A DNA stretch of 61,888 nucleotides, taken from positions 1 to 61,888 of IMG/VR virus record IMGVR_UViG_3300045243_000060; one strand, given 5' to 3'. The position numbers were made by a program, and so were the translations under genes. This DNA comes from a virus. Taxonomy: Duplodnaviria > Caudoviricetes. Below the pieces are notes generated by a model, which was given only the letters and a program-made list of their open reading frames with translations, made no database searches and was not told the origin of the DNA. Below are positions 47,401 through 57,139 of the stretch, one piece after another (position 1 is the stretch's first letter; each line of letters opens with the position of its first letter).

Positions 47401-50124
47401 CTCGCGCAGCCCAAGACCGGCAAGGGTCAGACGGGCGGCTTCCTAGTACCGGGCCACGGTACCGGCGACACGTTCGAGACGATGTTGCCGCACGGCAGCG
47501 TCGTTGTCAACAAGAAGGCGGCTCCGATGGTCCCGGTCGCGTTGGAGCCTGGTGAGCTAGCGGTGCTGCCGGACGCGGTGCAGAAGATCGGTCCCAAGAA
47601 GCTACTCGGCATCAACAAGATGCGCAAGCGGTTCGCTGGCGGAGGTACGGTCGGCGGCAGCGGATTGGACTTCGCGCTCGGACCCTACACCGTTCCGCCG
47701 ATCACGTACGACCCGGACCACGCGGGCGCTAACTCACACGTCCACATCTCGGCGTTCTCGATCCCGTGGCTCATCAACATCGGCCATCAGCTACAGCAGA
47801 TGGGCAACAGCGTCGGCGAGTTTCAGACGACGAGCTTTGGCAACCCGTTCCACTTTGGCCCGGTCACGACAAGCTCGCACGCGCACTATCCGACTGATCA
47901 CTATTCGGGCCACGCGGTCGATGTCAACTCGCTGTCGTCCCCGGAGAACAAGGCCTGGGTCGCGTCGATTGCCAGGGTACTCGGCGGCGCGGGAGTCGGC
48001 GGCGCGATGGCCGAGAAGATCGCGCGCCTGATCTTGCAGGGTCCGGACGGTCCGATCAAGGATACTGGCCAGGGCGCGCTCGACAAGGTCCGCAACGCGG
48101 CCAACTCGTTCCTGTCCAAGTTTGCGCCGATGGATCCCGGCGTCGGCTCCGGTACCTTCCCCGCCGAACCGGGCGGATGGTTCCGCGTCGGAGCGACGGC
48201 GGAGGGTCTGGACGGTCAGCAGGGCGCGTACGGCACCGTTGGCGGGATGGGCTTCGCGGAGTTGCTGCTTGCCGGCGCCAACGCCGGTATGCATCCGAAC
48301 CTTGAGGACGTACTCGGTACGCGTATCCCGCCGATGGGCAAGGTTCAGTTCAAGATGCCCAACTCCAACCGGGCTGCGCTGGCGGTGAAGAATGACATCG
48401 GCTCCGGACAGGCTGGCGACGGCCACTACCTCGTGGATATCCAGACCGGACTCGCGAACGCGATTGGCTGGCATCCGAACGAGGATGTGGACGTCAAGAA
48501 GGCGATGGAAGGCGGGCTGATCGGACTGAAGAAGGGCGGCAAGGTTCACGGTGGCGCCGGACCGCCGGGCGGACACGGCCACGGACAGGGCGAGGGCGGC
48601 AGCCCCGGAGCGGGACGCCATAGCCACCACGGTCACCCGCCGATCAAGTTGCCCGACCCGTTCCCCGCCGGCAAGCACGCGAAGAAGCGGATCAAGAAGA
48701 TCCAGAAGCACATCGGCAAGCTCGGTAAGAACCTGTTGCTCAGCGACAAGACGGAGAAGGCTCTGAAGGACGGACAGTTCGCCATCGACCTAGACGACGA
48801 GCTTGCGGGGCGCGCGGAGTCGCTGACACCGGACTTCACGATGGGTATCTTCAAGGACATGACGCCGGGTAACGCGACGCCGTATGAAGTCCGCGACGAG
48901 GACGACAAGCTCATCGGCGCGTACGCGACCGAGAAGGAAGCGCAGGCGAAGTGGACGGAGCTATTCACCGCCAACCTGGTGGCTGTGAGAGGTAAGACAG
49001 AGCCAGGTTGGCTCGGCTCGGAGCTAGCAGAGTTGGGCAGCTACCGCAACGTGGTGCTCGGCGCTGGCGAGGAGGCGGACCATAAGCGGAAGAAGGGCGA
49101 GAAGCTCGAGAAGCGCGTGGCCGCCGAGGTCAAGAAATGGCAGAAGTACATCAAGCGAATCGGCGGCCAGGAAGACGACCTGAAGGCGAAGAAGCGCCAC
49201 CTTGACTCCCAGCTGGACGACGCGAAGAAGGCAGCCGGAAAGATCCCTAAGACCAAGGGCGGCGCCGTGAAGAAGTTCATGGACCAACTCGCGAGCGCCA
49301 ATGATCAGTTCGGTAGGGCGAAGGACAACAAGGACCGTAAGCTTGCGACGACCCGGCTCCGCAACATCATGGACGACCTGCGGGGCTACGGCGGACCCGG
49401 AGCGGCGACGTTGCGCGACCTGGCGCGAGTCTACATCGCCGAGGCTGACAACTCGTTGCGGATGGGCGAGCTTGGCGACGAGAAGGGCGGGCTGTCCAAG
49501 CTGCTGCCCAAGCTCAAGGATCAGGACGGCAAGATCAAGGGGCGTATCAGCGGACTCAAGCAGCGGTACCAAGACTTGGTCGGCAAGAACGGTTCGACGC
49601 TCGTGGACATCCAGGGGCTGGATGGACCGATGGGGCACAAGACGGTGCTGCCGCCGTACGGGTTCCTTGGTGGCGAGATATTCGACGTACAACAGCGGCT
49701 CAAGGACATCCAGGCGGAGCTACCGAAAACTGAGATCAAGGACTACAATGCACCGGCTGCGCTGGACATCGCGGGGCTGGTGGACTTCGCGAATCTGGTC
49801 CGCGCCGGGGCGTTCCGCGTGGACCCGTTCGGCACGCTACCCGGCGGCCCTCCGATCCCCGTAGCGCACGCTGGCGGGACGTATCGTGCTCCGATCCCCG
49901 GCGGGGAGGGTCCGGTCTTGCTAGCGGACCGGGAGACTGTACTCCCGGCGGAGGGCGGCAGCATCGAACCGCTCGGCAGCGGCAGCGGCGGCGACGTAGT
50001 GCTCAACGGTCCGCTGTACCTGAACGGCGATAAGATCGGCGACATCATGGACGCCAGGCTGGAAGTCCGCGACCGCAAGCAGCACCTTCAGTTGAAGCGT
50101 AACTTGAGGTTCCCGCGCTCTTGA
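44491..50124 (+). CDS. Tape measure protein with internal putative muralytic domains
   Basis: 1877 aa, Ala/Gly-rich, TP901-type N-terminal domain, follows the chaperones. Confidence 0.9.
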   Translation: MALTKVGTGYVDIIGNFAPLMKQAKSSTLRSRLAAVGKVGAVAVAAIGVAAVKSAAEFQHSMQQISTQAGASKSEVNKLSGAVLDLSRKSTFSPNDLANALFHIESAGQHGAKAMKTLNAAQKLATVGQSDLESTTYALVSAIETGIKGTGNLDKTIGTLNATVGHGDLRMEDLTSALSTGILPSAKAAGLSLHDVGAALDVMTARGVPAQQAATRLRMTFSLLGAQTDKAKAALETIGIKQGQLGEMMQHKGLVPSVQLLADHLKEAGDKAQQFQLINDAFGGGRTSSGILTLIQNVGDLKTRYDEVGKTAGDFNEKLKEARADPINQLHNALANVDAMLITLGTDAAPALAGALQDVTKVVTDPHMGFAEKITKLSDMIAGAVANAGPKVAEAAVKIGATATSGFIKGFIDADPLGKLAISAALIKLFAPAGTFRRMGASMGNTIGKAIPPAISKEVTSPAAVKSTSTAIQKSVGAKVAATTAAQTFGGRFTQTLQTSIGKARGAMSSYFAGVGNRMGGAMMIALGGQIAASVLPGGRISQDISDFSSSAALGFLIKRGWGALGGVAIQGFAEGISSAINGRDIAGESGVATGLRDFYSSLPIVGGPFAQLAGGDSADIFKKQFADQMKTGLAHGGTALTEVLGGEGLGQVDIKTAAAITRKAKFMAHDTWVAFHRATADENFGDVWQGMTPDEKKLGRQVNAAANVAARLAAKQGVVIPGNMFTVDPKTSEKLGRQLNAALVKLRSGVLVNMSDIKHVFSDALKTIDQLFPNHGKRWREATAQSMRAMAEAIGRGMKSGAIPETKANLQKVQQLIHDADLRDPSAHFAAGFGKSLAAGMKNGRNITKDGVSNVLKELGKMPDGARQIAVKTLLGQVKETAQGNKKLMGEYRDLRSNIFGTFDDIGLGSQKKAAFMAGGMANIWKSMVDVISGSGGMGTLGKNVNSALKAFGVSKNISFKIAKAAVGALAQPKTGKGQTGGFLVPGHGTGDTFETMLPHGSVVVNKKAAPMVPVALEPGELAVLPDAVQKIGPKKLLGINKMRKRFAGGGTVGGSGLDFALGPYTVPPITYDPDHAGANSHVHISAFSIPWLINIGHQLQQMGNSVGEFQTTSFGNPFHFGPVTTSSHAHYPTDHYSGHAVDVNSLSSPENKAWVASIARVLGGAGVGGAMAEKIARLILQGPDGPIKDTGQGALDKVRNAANSFLSKFAPMDPGVGSGTFPAEPGGWFRVGATAEGLDGQQGAYGTVGGMGFAELLLAGANAGMHPNLEDVLGTRIPPMGKVQFKMPNSNRAALAVKNDIGSGQAGDGHYLVDIQTGLANAIGWHPNEDVDVKKAMEGGLIGLKKGGKVHGGAGPPGGHGHGQGEGGSPGAGRHSHHGHPPIKLPDPFPAGKHAKKRIKKIQKHIGKLGKNLLLSDKTEKALKDGQFAIDLDDELAGRAESLTPDFTMGIFKDMTPGNATPYEVRDEDDKLIGAYATEKEAQAKWTELFTANLVAVRGKTEPGWLGSELAELGSYRNVVLGAGEEADHKRKKGEKLEKRVAAEVKKWQKYIKRIGGQEDDLKAKKRHLDSQLDDAKKAAGKIPKTKGGAVKKFMDQLASANDQFGRAKDNKDRKLATTRLRNIMDDLRGYGGPGAATLRDLARVYIAEADNSLRMGELGDEKGGLSKLLPKLKDQDGKIKGRISGLKQRYQDLVGKNGSTLVDIQGLDGPMGHKTVLPPYGFLGGEIFDVQQRLKDIQAELPKTEIKDYNAPAALDIAGLVDFANLVRAGAFRVDPFGTLPGGPPIPVAHAGGTYRAPIPGGEGPVLLADRETVLPAEGGSIEPLGSGSGGDVVLNGPLYLNGDKIGDIMDARLEVRDRKQHLQLKRNLRFPRS

Positions 50125-50867
50125 CCGTCATCACGACAAGGCCATCGGCGACGAGGTACATCAGCCAGGGCGCTCACGGGTTCACCGTCGTCGGCGGAGG
50201 CGGGGGCGCCCAGGGCGCGCTGAACGACGACAGCGACGCTAGCTATCTGAGTCTGGGTGGCGGCGACGAGGGTTGGCTGGTCGTGAGATTCGGCGTCCCG
50301 GCCGTTCCGACCGGAGCAATCATCACCCAAGACCTCATCGCTATGCGGCTGGCGTCCGTCTCCCCGCCGGATATCCCGCCGGACCCGGACGGCGCGCCAG
50401 GCATTCACTATGAGCCTTTCCCATTCCGACTTGTCAACATGTGGATGTATCCATCGGGCGACGGCGGCGCGGACCCGGCGTCAACTAGTCCACCGGAGGA
50501 CGCGCAGCACCTTGAGAAGAAGATTGCGCGCATCGACTATTTGAACACGGCGCCCAAGACCCTGTACGCTGCGGTGGCGTCGAGTCGCAGTGACAAGTAC
50601 CCGCTCGGATTCCCACACACCAACCCGGAGCTTTGGATGCATTGGCGGATGTTCGGCAACTACACGGACGGGTACCGAGGGCGCTTGTACGAGATCGTCT
50701 GGGGTACGCAATACGTCCGGCAGCCCACCCTGACGGTCAACGACCCTACAGGCTCGGTCACGGACGACGACACCCCGCCGATCCATTGGGACAACGACTT
50801 GGACGAGGCGGGCGGCGGACAGACTAGCTTCAGGTGGAAGGCGTTTGACTCCGGAGCGTTCAGCTAA
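50121..50867 (+). CDS. Minor tail protein, N-terminal part
   Basis: Follows TMP; ends part-way through an FN3/Ig-like domain. Confidence 0.65.
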   Translation: MTVITTRPSATRYISQGAHGFTVVGGGGGAQGALNDDSDASYLSLGGGDEGWLVVRFGVPAVPTGAIITQDLIAMRLASVSPPDIPPDPDGAPGIHYEPFPFRLVNMWMYPSGDGGADPASTSPPEDAQHLEKKIARIDYLNTAPKTLYAAVASSRSDKYPLGFPHTNPELWMHWRMFGNYTDGYRGRLYEIVWGTQYVRQPTLTVNDPTGSVTDDDTPPIHWDNDLDEAGGGQTSFRWKAFDSGAFS

Positions 50868-53557
50868 TGGCAGCCCCGGCCGTCCTGACCAACCTGGGCA
50901 TCTCCAAGGGCAAGCGCGACCCGGCGACCGGAGGCTTCTTCACCGCCGATCCGATTAGCGTTGGGTCGAGTGGTACGCCGAAAGCTCTTCTCCTGGCTGT
51001 GTCCGTCCGGATGCCGTACAACGGGCTTGGCGACATCACGTCGAACATGGTCATCGCGGACAGCGAGGGCAACAGCTACACCCAAGCCATCGGCATGTGG
51101 TGGAGTCCGGCTGGCACCGCCGTCGGCGAGGCAGCGTCCATCTGGTACTGCAACGACCCGAATCCAATCACGACTGGAACGGTTTGGGGCATTACCTCCG
51201 GAATGGCCGGTGTTCCGGTACTCGGTTCTTACGTCATGCGCGTTCTCGAGCTTGATATGGAAGTCGCGCCGGTTCCATTCAGCGAGCGAAAGCAAAACCT
51301 CAACTTTGATACGGCGCCGACGGAGATCTCCGGCACCCCCGCTGGCGCGACTGACATGCTCTGGGTCGGGCTGCATACGCTACTCGGACCGGACACCGAC
51401 ACCGACACGATCACGTCCACCGGGTTCACGCTGTTGCCAGCGGGTACGGCGGTGTACGGAACGGCCGGTGACACGGCGGCATCGAACGTGACGCAGAAGC
51501 TCGGTTACAAACAGGTCACAGCCAGCGCAGCGCAGCAGACCTTCAATGGCACGCTCGGAGTGGCACGCTCGTGGAACGCTGTCATCATCGCGTTCAAGTC
51601 GAATCCTCCGCCACCGAGCACCCCAACTGCCTGGTACCCAAGCAGTCCGTTCAACGACACCGTCGCGTCGAGTTCCCCGGCGGACCGCGCCGACTCGGAC
51701 CAGATCATCACCAGCATGTTCAGTCGCGGCAACGGGCTGGTGTCCGCGCTGACGGTCGGCCAGGAAGACTCAGTCAAGGACTTCAAGCACCCCATCTACT
51801 TCGCGAGCGGAGGCGACCCGCAGTTCACGCTGTCCGGCGGATGGGACCCGACTTTCACTATTGCCGGCGCCCAGTGGGACAACCCGGACATCGCGGGCGA
51901 CGTGATCCGGATTCCGGCCGGGGCTGTACCGGCTGGTGGCTCGGACTCATCGATGTTCGTCGTCCAACCGGACGGCACCGAGTACGACCTGTGGGATTGC
52001 CAGCACACCAGGCCTGGTGGCGTCCAGAAGTTTGGGTTTGGTACCAAGGGCGTGTTCACCGGGTCCGGCGACGACGGGCTTGGCGTCACGGTCGGCACTA
52101 ACCGACGCGGGGGCATTACGGCAGCGGGCTTCCTCGGCGGACTCGGCGTTATCCGGTACGCGGAGCTTGCCAGCGGTAACATCCCGCACGCCATGTTCGC
52201 GGCGATCAACGGTTGGCACGGTCGCGTCTGGCCGTCGATGCTCAGCGGCGGAGGTACCGGCGACATCGGCGCCGGTCACAACGCTCCGCCGATGGGTGCC
52301 TGGCTCCAGTACGACCGGCCCGTCTCGGAGATCAACGCGCTGGCGGTACCGGACTGGATCAAGACGATCCTGAAGTGTCTGCAGAAGTACGGCGCCTACA
52401 TCGGCGACAACGGCGGCAGCACCCTCGCGTTCCAGTTTGAGTCCGGCGACGACTACACCTACAACGGTGGCACCAACCCTTGGATTCAGTACGCGCAAGC
52501 TCAGGGCATCTATTCGGAGATCGACGCGGACACCGGCTTCCTGACCTACTACTTTGGCTTGGACACGCCGACGCTCGGCCCGATCATCGACTGGAAGAAC
52601 TACCTGAAGGTCTTGGACCCGTCGGCCATCGCTCCGCCACCACCGGACGACTTCGATCCCGACACCGCCGATCCAATCGACAGCGGCAGCGGCAACGGCG
52701 CGGCGACGACCGACAACATCCACGTGAACCTCCCGGACGACGACTACAGGGTGTATGTGAAGACGGCGCAGAACGTCGGCGGCACCAAGTATGAGTCGGA
52801 TTGGGCGTACAGTGCATTCACGATCCAGACGTTGCGGCCGTCGATACCGAACCTTGCGGCCGATCCGAACGACACCGAGGCTCGGATTGAGATCGACGTC
52901 ACGCACGGCAGCGGCGGCGACGTCAATACGACCTACATCCAGATACAGCGGTCCACCGACGACGGCGACACCTGGGTGGACATCCGGACGCTACTCGGCG
53001 GTGGCCTGGTCCTCGCGCCGGACCCGCTGGACTACGACTATGATGTCGGCAACGGCGAGCTTGCGCTGTACCGGGCGCGCGGCGTCCACCAGTTTGTATC
53101 AGGCACGCTGTCGCACTCCGATTGGCAGGTGACTCCGGACCCGGTGGCCTGGGAGTCGGACAGCGCGTGGATCAAGCACGCGACCGAACCGGGCTTGAAC
53201 ATGGCGGTCGGCGTCATCTCACAGCCAGGCAATACGCGGGCAGCGCGGGAGTCCGCTGTGCGGGTCATGGAGCGCGAGCACCCGGTGTTCAGCGGCGACG
53301 TACGCGACGGGCCAACCGGCGAGATCACGTTCGACGTACCAAAGGGCAGCCTGGCGGAGTTCAACGACCTGATCAGCGGCGTTGGCCCGTTCCTGATCCA
53401 GATGCCCCGGACCTGGGAGTGGGCCGACCGTTGGGTGGTGTTCGGCGACCTGGACAGCCAGCGGCCAGCGGACCGGGCTTGGGTGCCGGTGAACTTCAAG
53501 AACCTGACGTGGACCGAGGTTGACACCCCGACCGCAAACCTGTTGGCGTGGACGTAG
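50867..53557 (+). CDS. Minor tail protein: inserted domains plus distal-tail-like C-terminus
   Basis: TAATG coupling; contains paralogue of the 25689 domain; C-terminal WIKH...WTEVD region. Confidence 0.7.
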   Translation: MAAPAVLTNLGISKGKRDPATGGFFTADPISVGSSGTPKALLLAVSVRMPYNGLGDITSNMVIADSEGNSYTQAIGMWWSPAGTAVGEAASIWYCNDPNPITTGTVWGITSGMAGVPVLGSYVMRVLELDMEVAPVPFSERKQNLNFDTAPTEISGTPAGATDMLWVGLHTLLGPDTDTDTITSTGFTLLPAGTAVYGTAGDTAASNVTQKLGYKQVTASAAQQTFNGTLGVARSWNAVIIAFKSNPPPPSTPTAWYPSSPFNDTVASSSPADRADSDQIITSMFSRGNGLVSALTVGQEDSVKDFKHPIYFASGGDPQFTLSGGWDPTFTIAGAQWDNPDIAGDVIRIPAGAVPAGGSDSSMFVVQPDGTEYDLWDCQHTRPGGVQKFGFGTKGVFTGSGDDGLGVTVGTNRRGGITAAGFLGGLGVIRYAELASGNIPHAMFAAINGWHGRVWPSMLSGGGTGDIGAGHNAPPMGAWLQYDRPVSEINALAVPDWIKTILKCLQKYGAYIGDNGGSTLAFQFESGDDYTYNGGTNPWIQYAQAQGIYSEIDADTGFLTYYFGLDTPTLGPIIDWKNYLKVLDPSAIAPPPPDDFDPDTADPIDSGSGNGAATTDNIHVNLPDDDYRVYVKTAQNVGGTKYESDWAYSAFTIQTLRPSIPNLAADPNDTEARIEIDVTHGSGGDVNTTYIQIQRSTDDGDTWVDIRTLLGGGLVLAPDPLDYDYDVGNGELALYRARGVHQFVSGTLSHSDWQVTPDPVAWESDSAWIKHATEPGLNMAVGVISQPGNTRAARESAVRVMEREHPVFSGDVRDGPTGEITFDVPKGSLAEFNDLISGVGPFLIQMPRTWEWADRWVVFGDLDSQRPADRAWVPVNFKNLTWTEVDTPTANLLAWT

Positions 53558-54690
53558 CGGAACGCGAGCGGCTGTTCTCCTCCCCGGACGCGGTGTCGGA
53601 GCGGTTCGTGGACGCCGTGAATAACGTCCACCGGGTCGCGAGCTACTTTGAGGTGATGGACGGCGACGACGTACTGGCGACCATCGAGGCCATCGACGGC
53701 AGCGTTACGTACGACGCGCAGGCGGAGGTTCGGTCGTCGCTAGACTTGCAGGTGGCTGTGACCAACGATGACATCATCCCGGTCGATGCCGACTCGCTGC
53801 TTGTGCCTTATGGCAACGACATCCGGGCCTGGAGCGGCATCCGGTTCGACGACTTGGACGAGTTGATCCCGATGGGACGATACCGCATCCAGACGGCATC
53901 GGTCAGCGATACCGGCAGCGACCTGACACTCCAGGTATCGGGCCAGGATCGTTCGTGTCGAATCATCGAGGCAGCGTTTGAGCAGGACATGACCTGGCTG
54001 GCCGGGTCGCAGACGGCTCTCGAGATCGTACGTGGCATCATCTCCGGCATCTACCCAGACGCGGACATGGACACCTTCTTCACCATCGACGACTTCGCTA
54101 CGCCATCCATCCAGGCGTCCGCTGGCGACGACCCTTGGGCCTTTGTCCAGGGCATCGCTACGTCCGTTGGGGCGGAGGCGTACTTCAACGATGACGGCGT
54201 GCCGGTCATGACGCCGACGCCGACAGCGACCGGCGACCCGGACCGGCACTTCAACGAGGGTGAGGTCTTGACGGCGGCTGGCAAGGAGTGGACCCGCGAG
54301 GGAATCGCAAACAAGGTGTTGGTGACCGGCGATAGCGGCTCGCTGACGACGCCGATCACCGGGACGGCGCTGGACAACAACCCCAACTCGCCCACTTACT
54401 ACTACGGCAAGTTTGGCAAGGTGCCGTTCTTCTACTCGTCTCAGTTCATCACGACCGACATCCAGGCGGGCGACGCAACGAGCGGGATCCTCCAGACGAA
54501 GATCGGACTGGACCAACAGATCGACTTTGGCTCGCTGATCGACCCGCGAGCGCGGGCGCTTGACATCATCGGCATCAGCCGCGAGCGTATCGGCGTCGAT
54601 GAGACGCACGTACTAGACGCCGTATCCATCCCCCTAATGGGCGACGGTACGATGACCGGGCAGACGCGCAAGACCCAGGTGTTCTCATGA
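53548..54690 (+). CDS. Minor tail/baseplate hub protein (DUF5047-like)
   Basis: GSVTYDA...VR, PYGN, DRS, SPTYYYGKFGKVPFFYSS. Confidence 0.75.
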   Translation: MDVAERERLFSSPDAVSERFVDAVNNVHRVASYFEVMDGDDVLATIEAIDGSVTYDAQAEVRSSLDLQVAVTNDDIIPVDADSLLVPYGNDIRAWSGIRFDDLDELIPMGRYRIQTASVSDTGSDLTLQVSGQDRSCRIIEAAFEQDMTWLAGSQTALEIVRGIISGIYPDADMDTFFTIDDFATPSIQASAGDDPWAFVQGIATSVGAEAYFNDDGVPVMTPTPTATGDPDRHFNEGEVLTAAGKEWTREGIANKVLVTGDSGSLTTPITGTALDNNPNSPTYYYGKFGKVPFFYSSQFITTDIQAGDATSGILQTKIGLDQQIDFGSLIDPRARALDIIGISRERIGVDETHVLDAVSIPLMGDGTMTGQTRKTQVFS

Positions 54691-57131
54691 CAGCGGGTAC
54701 GGCAGCGATGGAGAACGTCGGGCGCCGACTCGCTGCGCTTGAGCAGCAGGTCACCAAGCTCAAGTTGACTTCTCGCGCTGGTGGCGGCGACCCGCATAGC
54801 AAGAACACCGATCCCCGGCGGAGGAACTTCGTCGTGGACTTTGGCGGCGAGGGCATCATCGGCGCCGATAACCTGGGCGCCTGGAACAAAGCCATCGATA
54901 GCTACAACGCTGGCGAGTACGACGAGCTTTGGTGTCCGGCCGGACGGTACGTCCAGAGCGGCATACCAAAAGCTTGGCTGGCGACGGGTGACCCTCCGAT
55001 CCAAGGCGTACAGCAACAGGCATTGCGCGGTTGGATTCACGGCGCGGGCCAGGCGACGGAGCTTGTCATGTCGGGCGGCGCCGGTACGTTCTTCACGGTG
55101 GGGTCTGGTAAGGAAACGTTCTTGGACTTCGCGCTCACCCAAAAGGACCCGCCGTTCCGGGGCATGTCATACTTCTCCATCAGCGACTTCAAGCTCACCT
55201 GTACCGATGAGAACAGCGTCGAGGGCGAAGTGTCGGCGATAGTAACTGGTACCAATCGGGTCTACCTGAGCAGCGTCGCGGGCTTGCACGTCGGAGACCC
55301 CATCAAGTTCTACGGACCCGGCTTCGCCGTCGATAACACGGGCGCGATCTCGTCGCCGACCGGGATCGCATCGGAATACTTCGACAGCACTCAGCACAAC
55401 GCGACGACGTACTACATCGCGGGGATCTTGCCCGCGAGCGATCCGACCGACCCCAACTCGATCACGCTCAGCACAGCCCCGCCCCCCGGCGGAGCGACGG
55501 TCACGATCTCGCGGTCGATCATCACCGGCGCCGGCAATGGCGCTGCGGTCGGATCGTTCGTCCGGCTGAACACAGCCACCACGCCGTCGGGCGGGCAGAA
55601 CCCCATCGTGTTGAACAAGGGCGGCCACCTGACCGTCGAGAACATCACCTGCAACAAGACGAGCGGCATCGTCTCGGTCGGCACCGGCGACCTGAACGAC
55701 GTCAACGAACCGTACGGCGTCAACCCCAGTCGCGCGATGGACAATCCAATAGCGACAGCGGCCCGGACGATCACGGCCGTGGACACCGGGTTGGAGAAGC
55801 TGACCACCGGCGCCGCGCATGGCCTGGCTGTGAACGACCCGGTGGTCTTCACCGATGACCACCCGCTGCCGGGGAACATCGTAGACGGGCTGGACGGCGG
55901 CTATGCGCCGTACTTGGTCGAGACGGTACCAAGTCCGACGACCTTCACCCTCAAGAACCGCCAGGACAACGTCGGCGCGGCTCGCGGAGCGCAGCACAAC
56001 ATCAGTACTGCTGTGACCGGAGGTACGTTCTACACCGGCAGCTATGACGCGCGGGTCCAGAGGTACTGGGTCAGCAACGTCATCGGCTCGCTGAACGGCG
56101 GCACTCCGACGGCGAACCGGATTGACATCGAGAATGGTACGTCCGGACACTATGACAACGTCCAGTGCGCGACGAGCGACCTTGGCGGAGGGCGAGTCAT
56201 CTACTGTCACCCGCCAGGCAGCCCTGGAGCTTCCAACAACGACCAACATTGGTTCACCGACGTGTTCGTTCAGGGCGGCGAGTCGTTCTGGATTGACATC
56301 GACGTAACGTACGGCGACTGCTTCAACTGGAACCTGAAGGGCTGCGTCATGGACGGCGCGACGAACGGCACCGTGTACGCTCACGCTAGCAGCGGCGGCA
56401 CCGGCAACACGATCACCGACCTATGGCTTGACCATTGCCACTGTAGCTCGCGGGCTGGCGTGACGCTCCACTTTGACAAGAGCGATACGACCGGCATCTG
56501 GCGCAACATCGAGATCAACGGAGGGCGCTACAAGTTCCAGGACAACTTGGGGTTGTACATGCACGGCGCCGGACTCAGCGGCGTCCAGACGTTCCTTGCG
56601 CATGACGTCGCCTTCCTCCAGGATCAGATCACGATCATCGACAGCATCGCCAACTCCAACGAGCTAGTTTCGACAGCGGGCAACGACGGTACGGGCCACG
56701 ACCTACAGGTTGGCGATCTCATTCGGTTCTCTACGGTGAGCCATACCTTTGGGGCGAACGTAACCGCCGGTCCGACGTATTGCGTGAAGGAGGTCACCAG
56801 CAAGACGCGCTTCACCGTGACGACCAATCAGACGGGCGGAGGCGTCGGCCCACGAGCGGACATCACCGCCAACGGCGGCGCCGGGGTGCTGCGGGGTAAG
56901 CTGGACGCGGCAGCGATCCTCAACGGCGCCGCGAATGATGTCCGGATTCACGACTGCGAGTTCAACGGGTTCAACTCAGCGTACATGGAGTGCGGCAACG
57001 CGATCCAAGCTACGTCGCTGGCGAGCTACAACGTCCATGACAACAACGCGACCGGGCTTAGGACGGCGACGTTCGCGACCGGACTCACGGACACCGCCGC
57101 GCATCCGTTCCACCACAACAGTCTCAACTAG
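54687..57131 (+). CDS. Tailspike/receptor-binding protein with pectin-lyase-like beta-helix
   Basis: NFVVDFGGEG...D...A...AID, PAGRY, IHGAG..T; Asn/Gly/Thr-rich coils. Confidence 0.7.
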   Translation: MTAGTAAMENVGRRLAALEQQVTKLKLTSRAGGGDPHSKNTDPRRRNFVVDFGGEGIIGADNLGAWNKAIDSYNAGEYDELWCPAGRYVQSGIPKAWLATGDPPIQGVQQQALRGWIHGAGQATELVMSGGAGTFFTVGSGKETFLDFALTQKDPPFRGMSYFSISDFKLTCTDENSVEGEVSAIVTGTNRVYLSSVAGLHVGDPIKFYGPGFAVDNTGAISSPTGIASEYFDSTQHNATTYYIAGILPASDPTDPNSITLSTAPPPGGATVTISRSIITGAGNGAAVGSFVRLNTATTPSGGQNPIVLNKGGHLTVENITCNKTSGIVSVGTGDLNDVNEPYGVNPSRAMDNPIATAARTITAVDTGLEKLTTGAAHGLAVNDPVVFTDDHPLPGNIVDGLDGGYAPYLVETVPSPTTFTLKNRQDNVGAARGAQHNISTAVTGGTFYTGSYDARVQRYWVSNVIGSLNGGTPTANRIDIENGTSGHYDNVQCATSDLGGGRVIYCHPPGSPGASNNDQHWFTDVFVQGGESFWIDIDVTYGDCFNWNLKGCVMDGATNGTVYAHASSGGTGNTITDLWLDHCHCSSRAGVTLHFDKSDTTGIWRNIEINGGRYKFQDNLGLYMHGAGLSGVQTFLAHDVAFLQDQITIIDSIANSNELVSTAGNDGTGHDLQVGDLIRFSTVSHTFGANVTAGPTYCVKEVTSKTRFTVTTNQTGGGVGPRADITANGGAGVLRGKLDAAAILNGAANDVRIHDCEFNGFNSAYMECGNAIQATSLASYNVHDNNATGLRTATFATGLTDTAAHPFHHNSLN

Positions 57132-57139
57132 GAGGCGAC

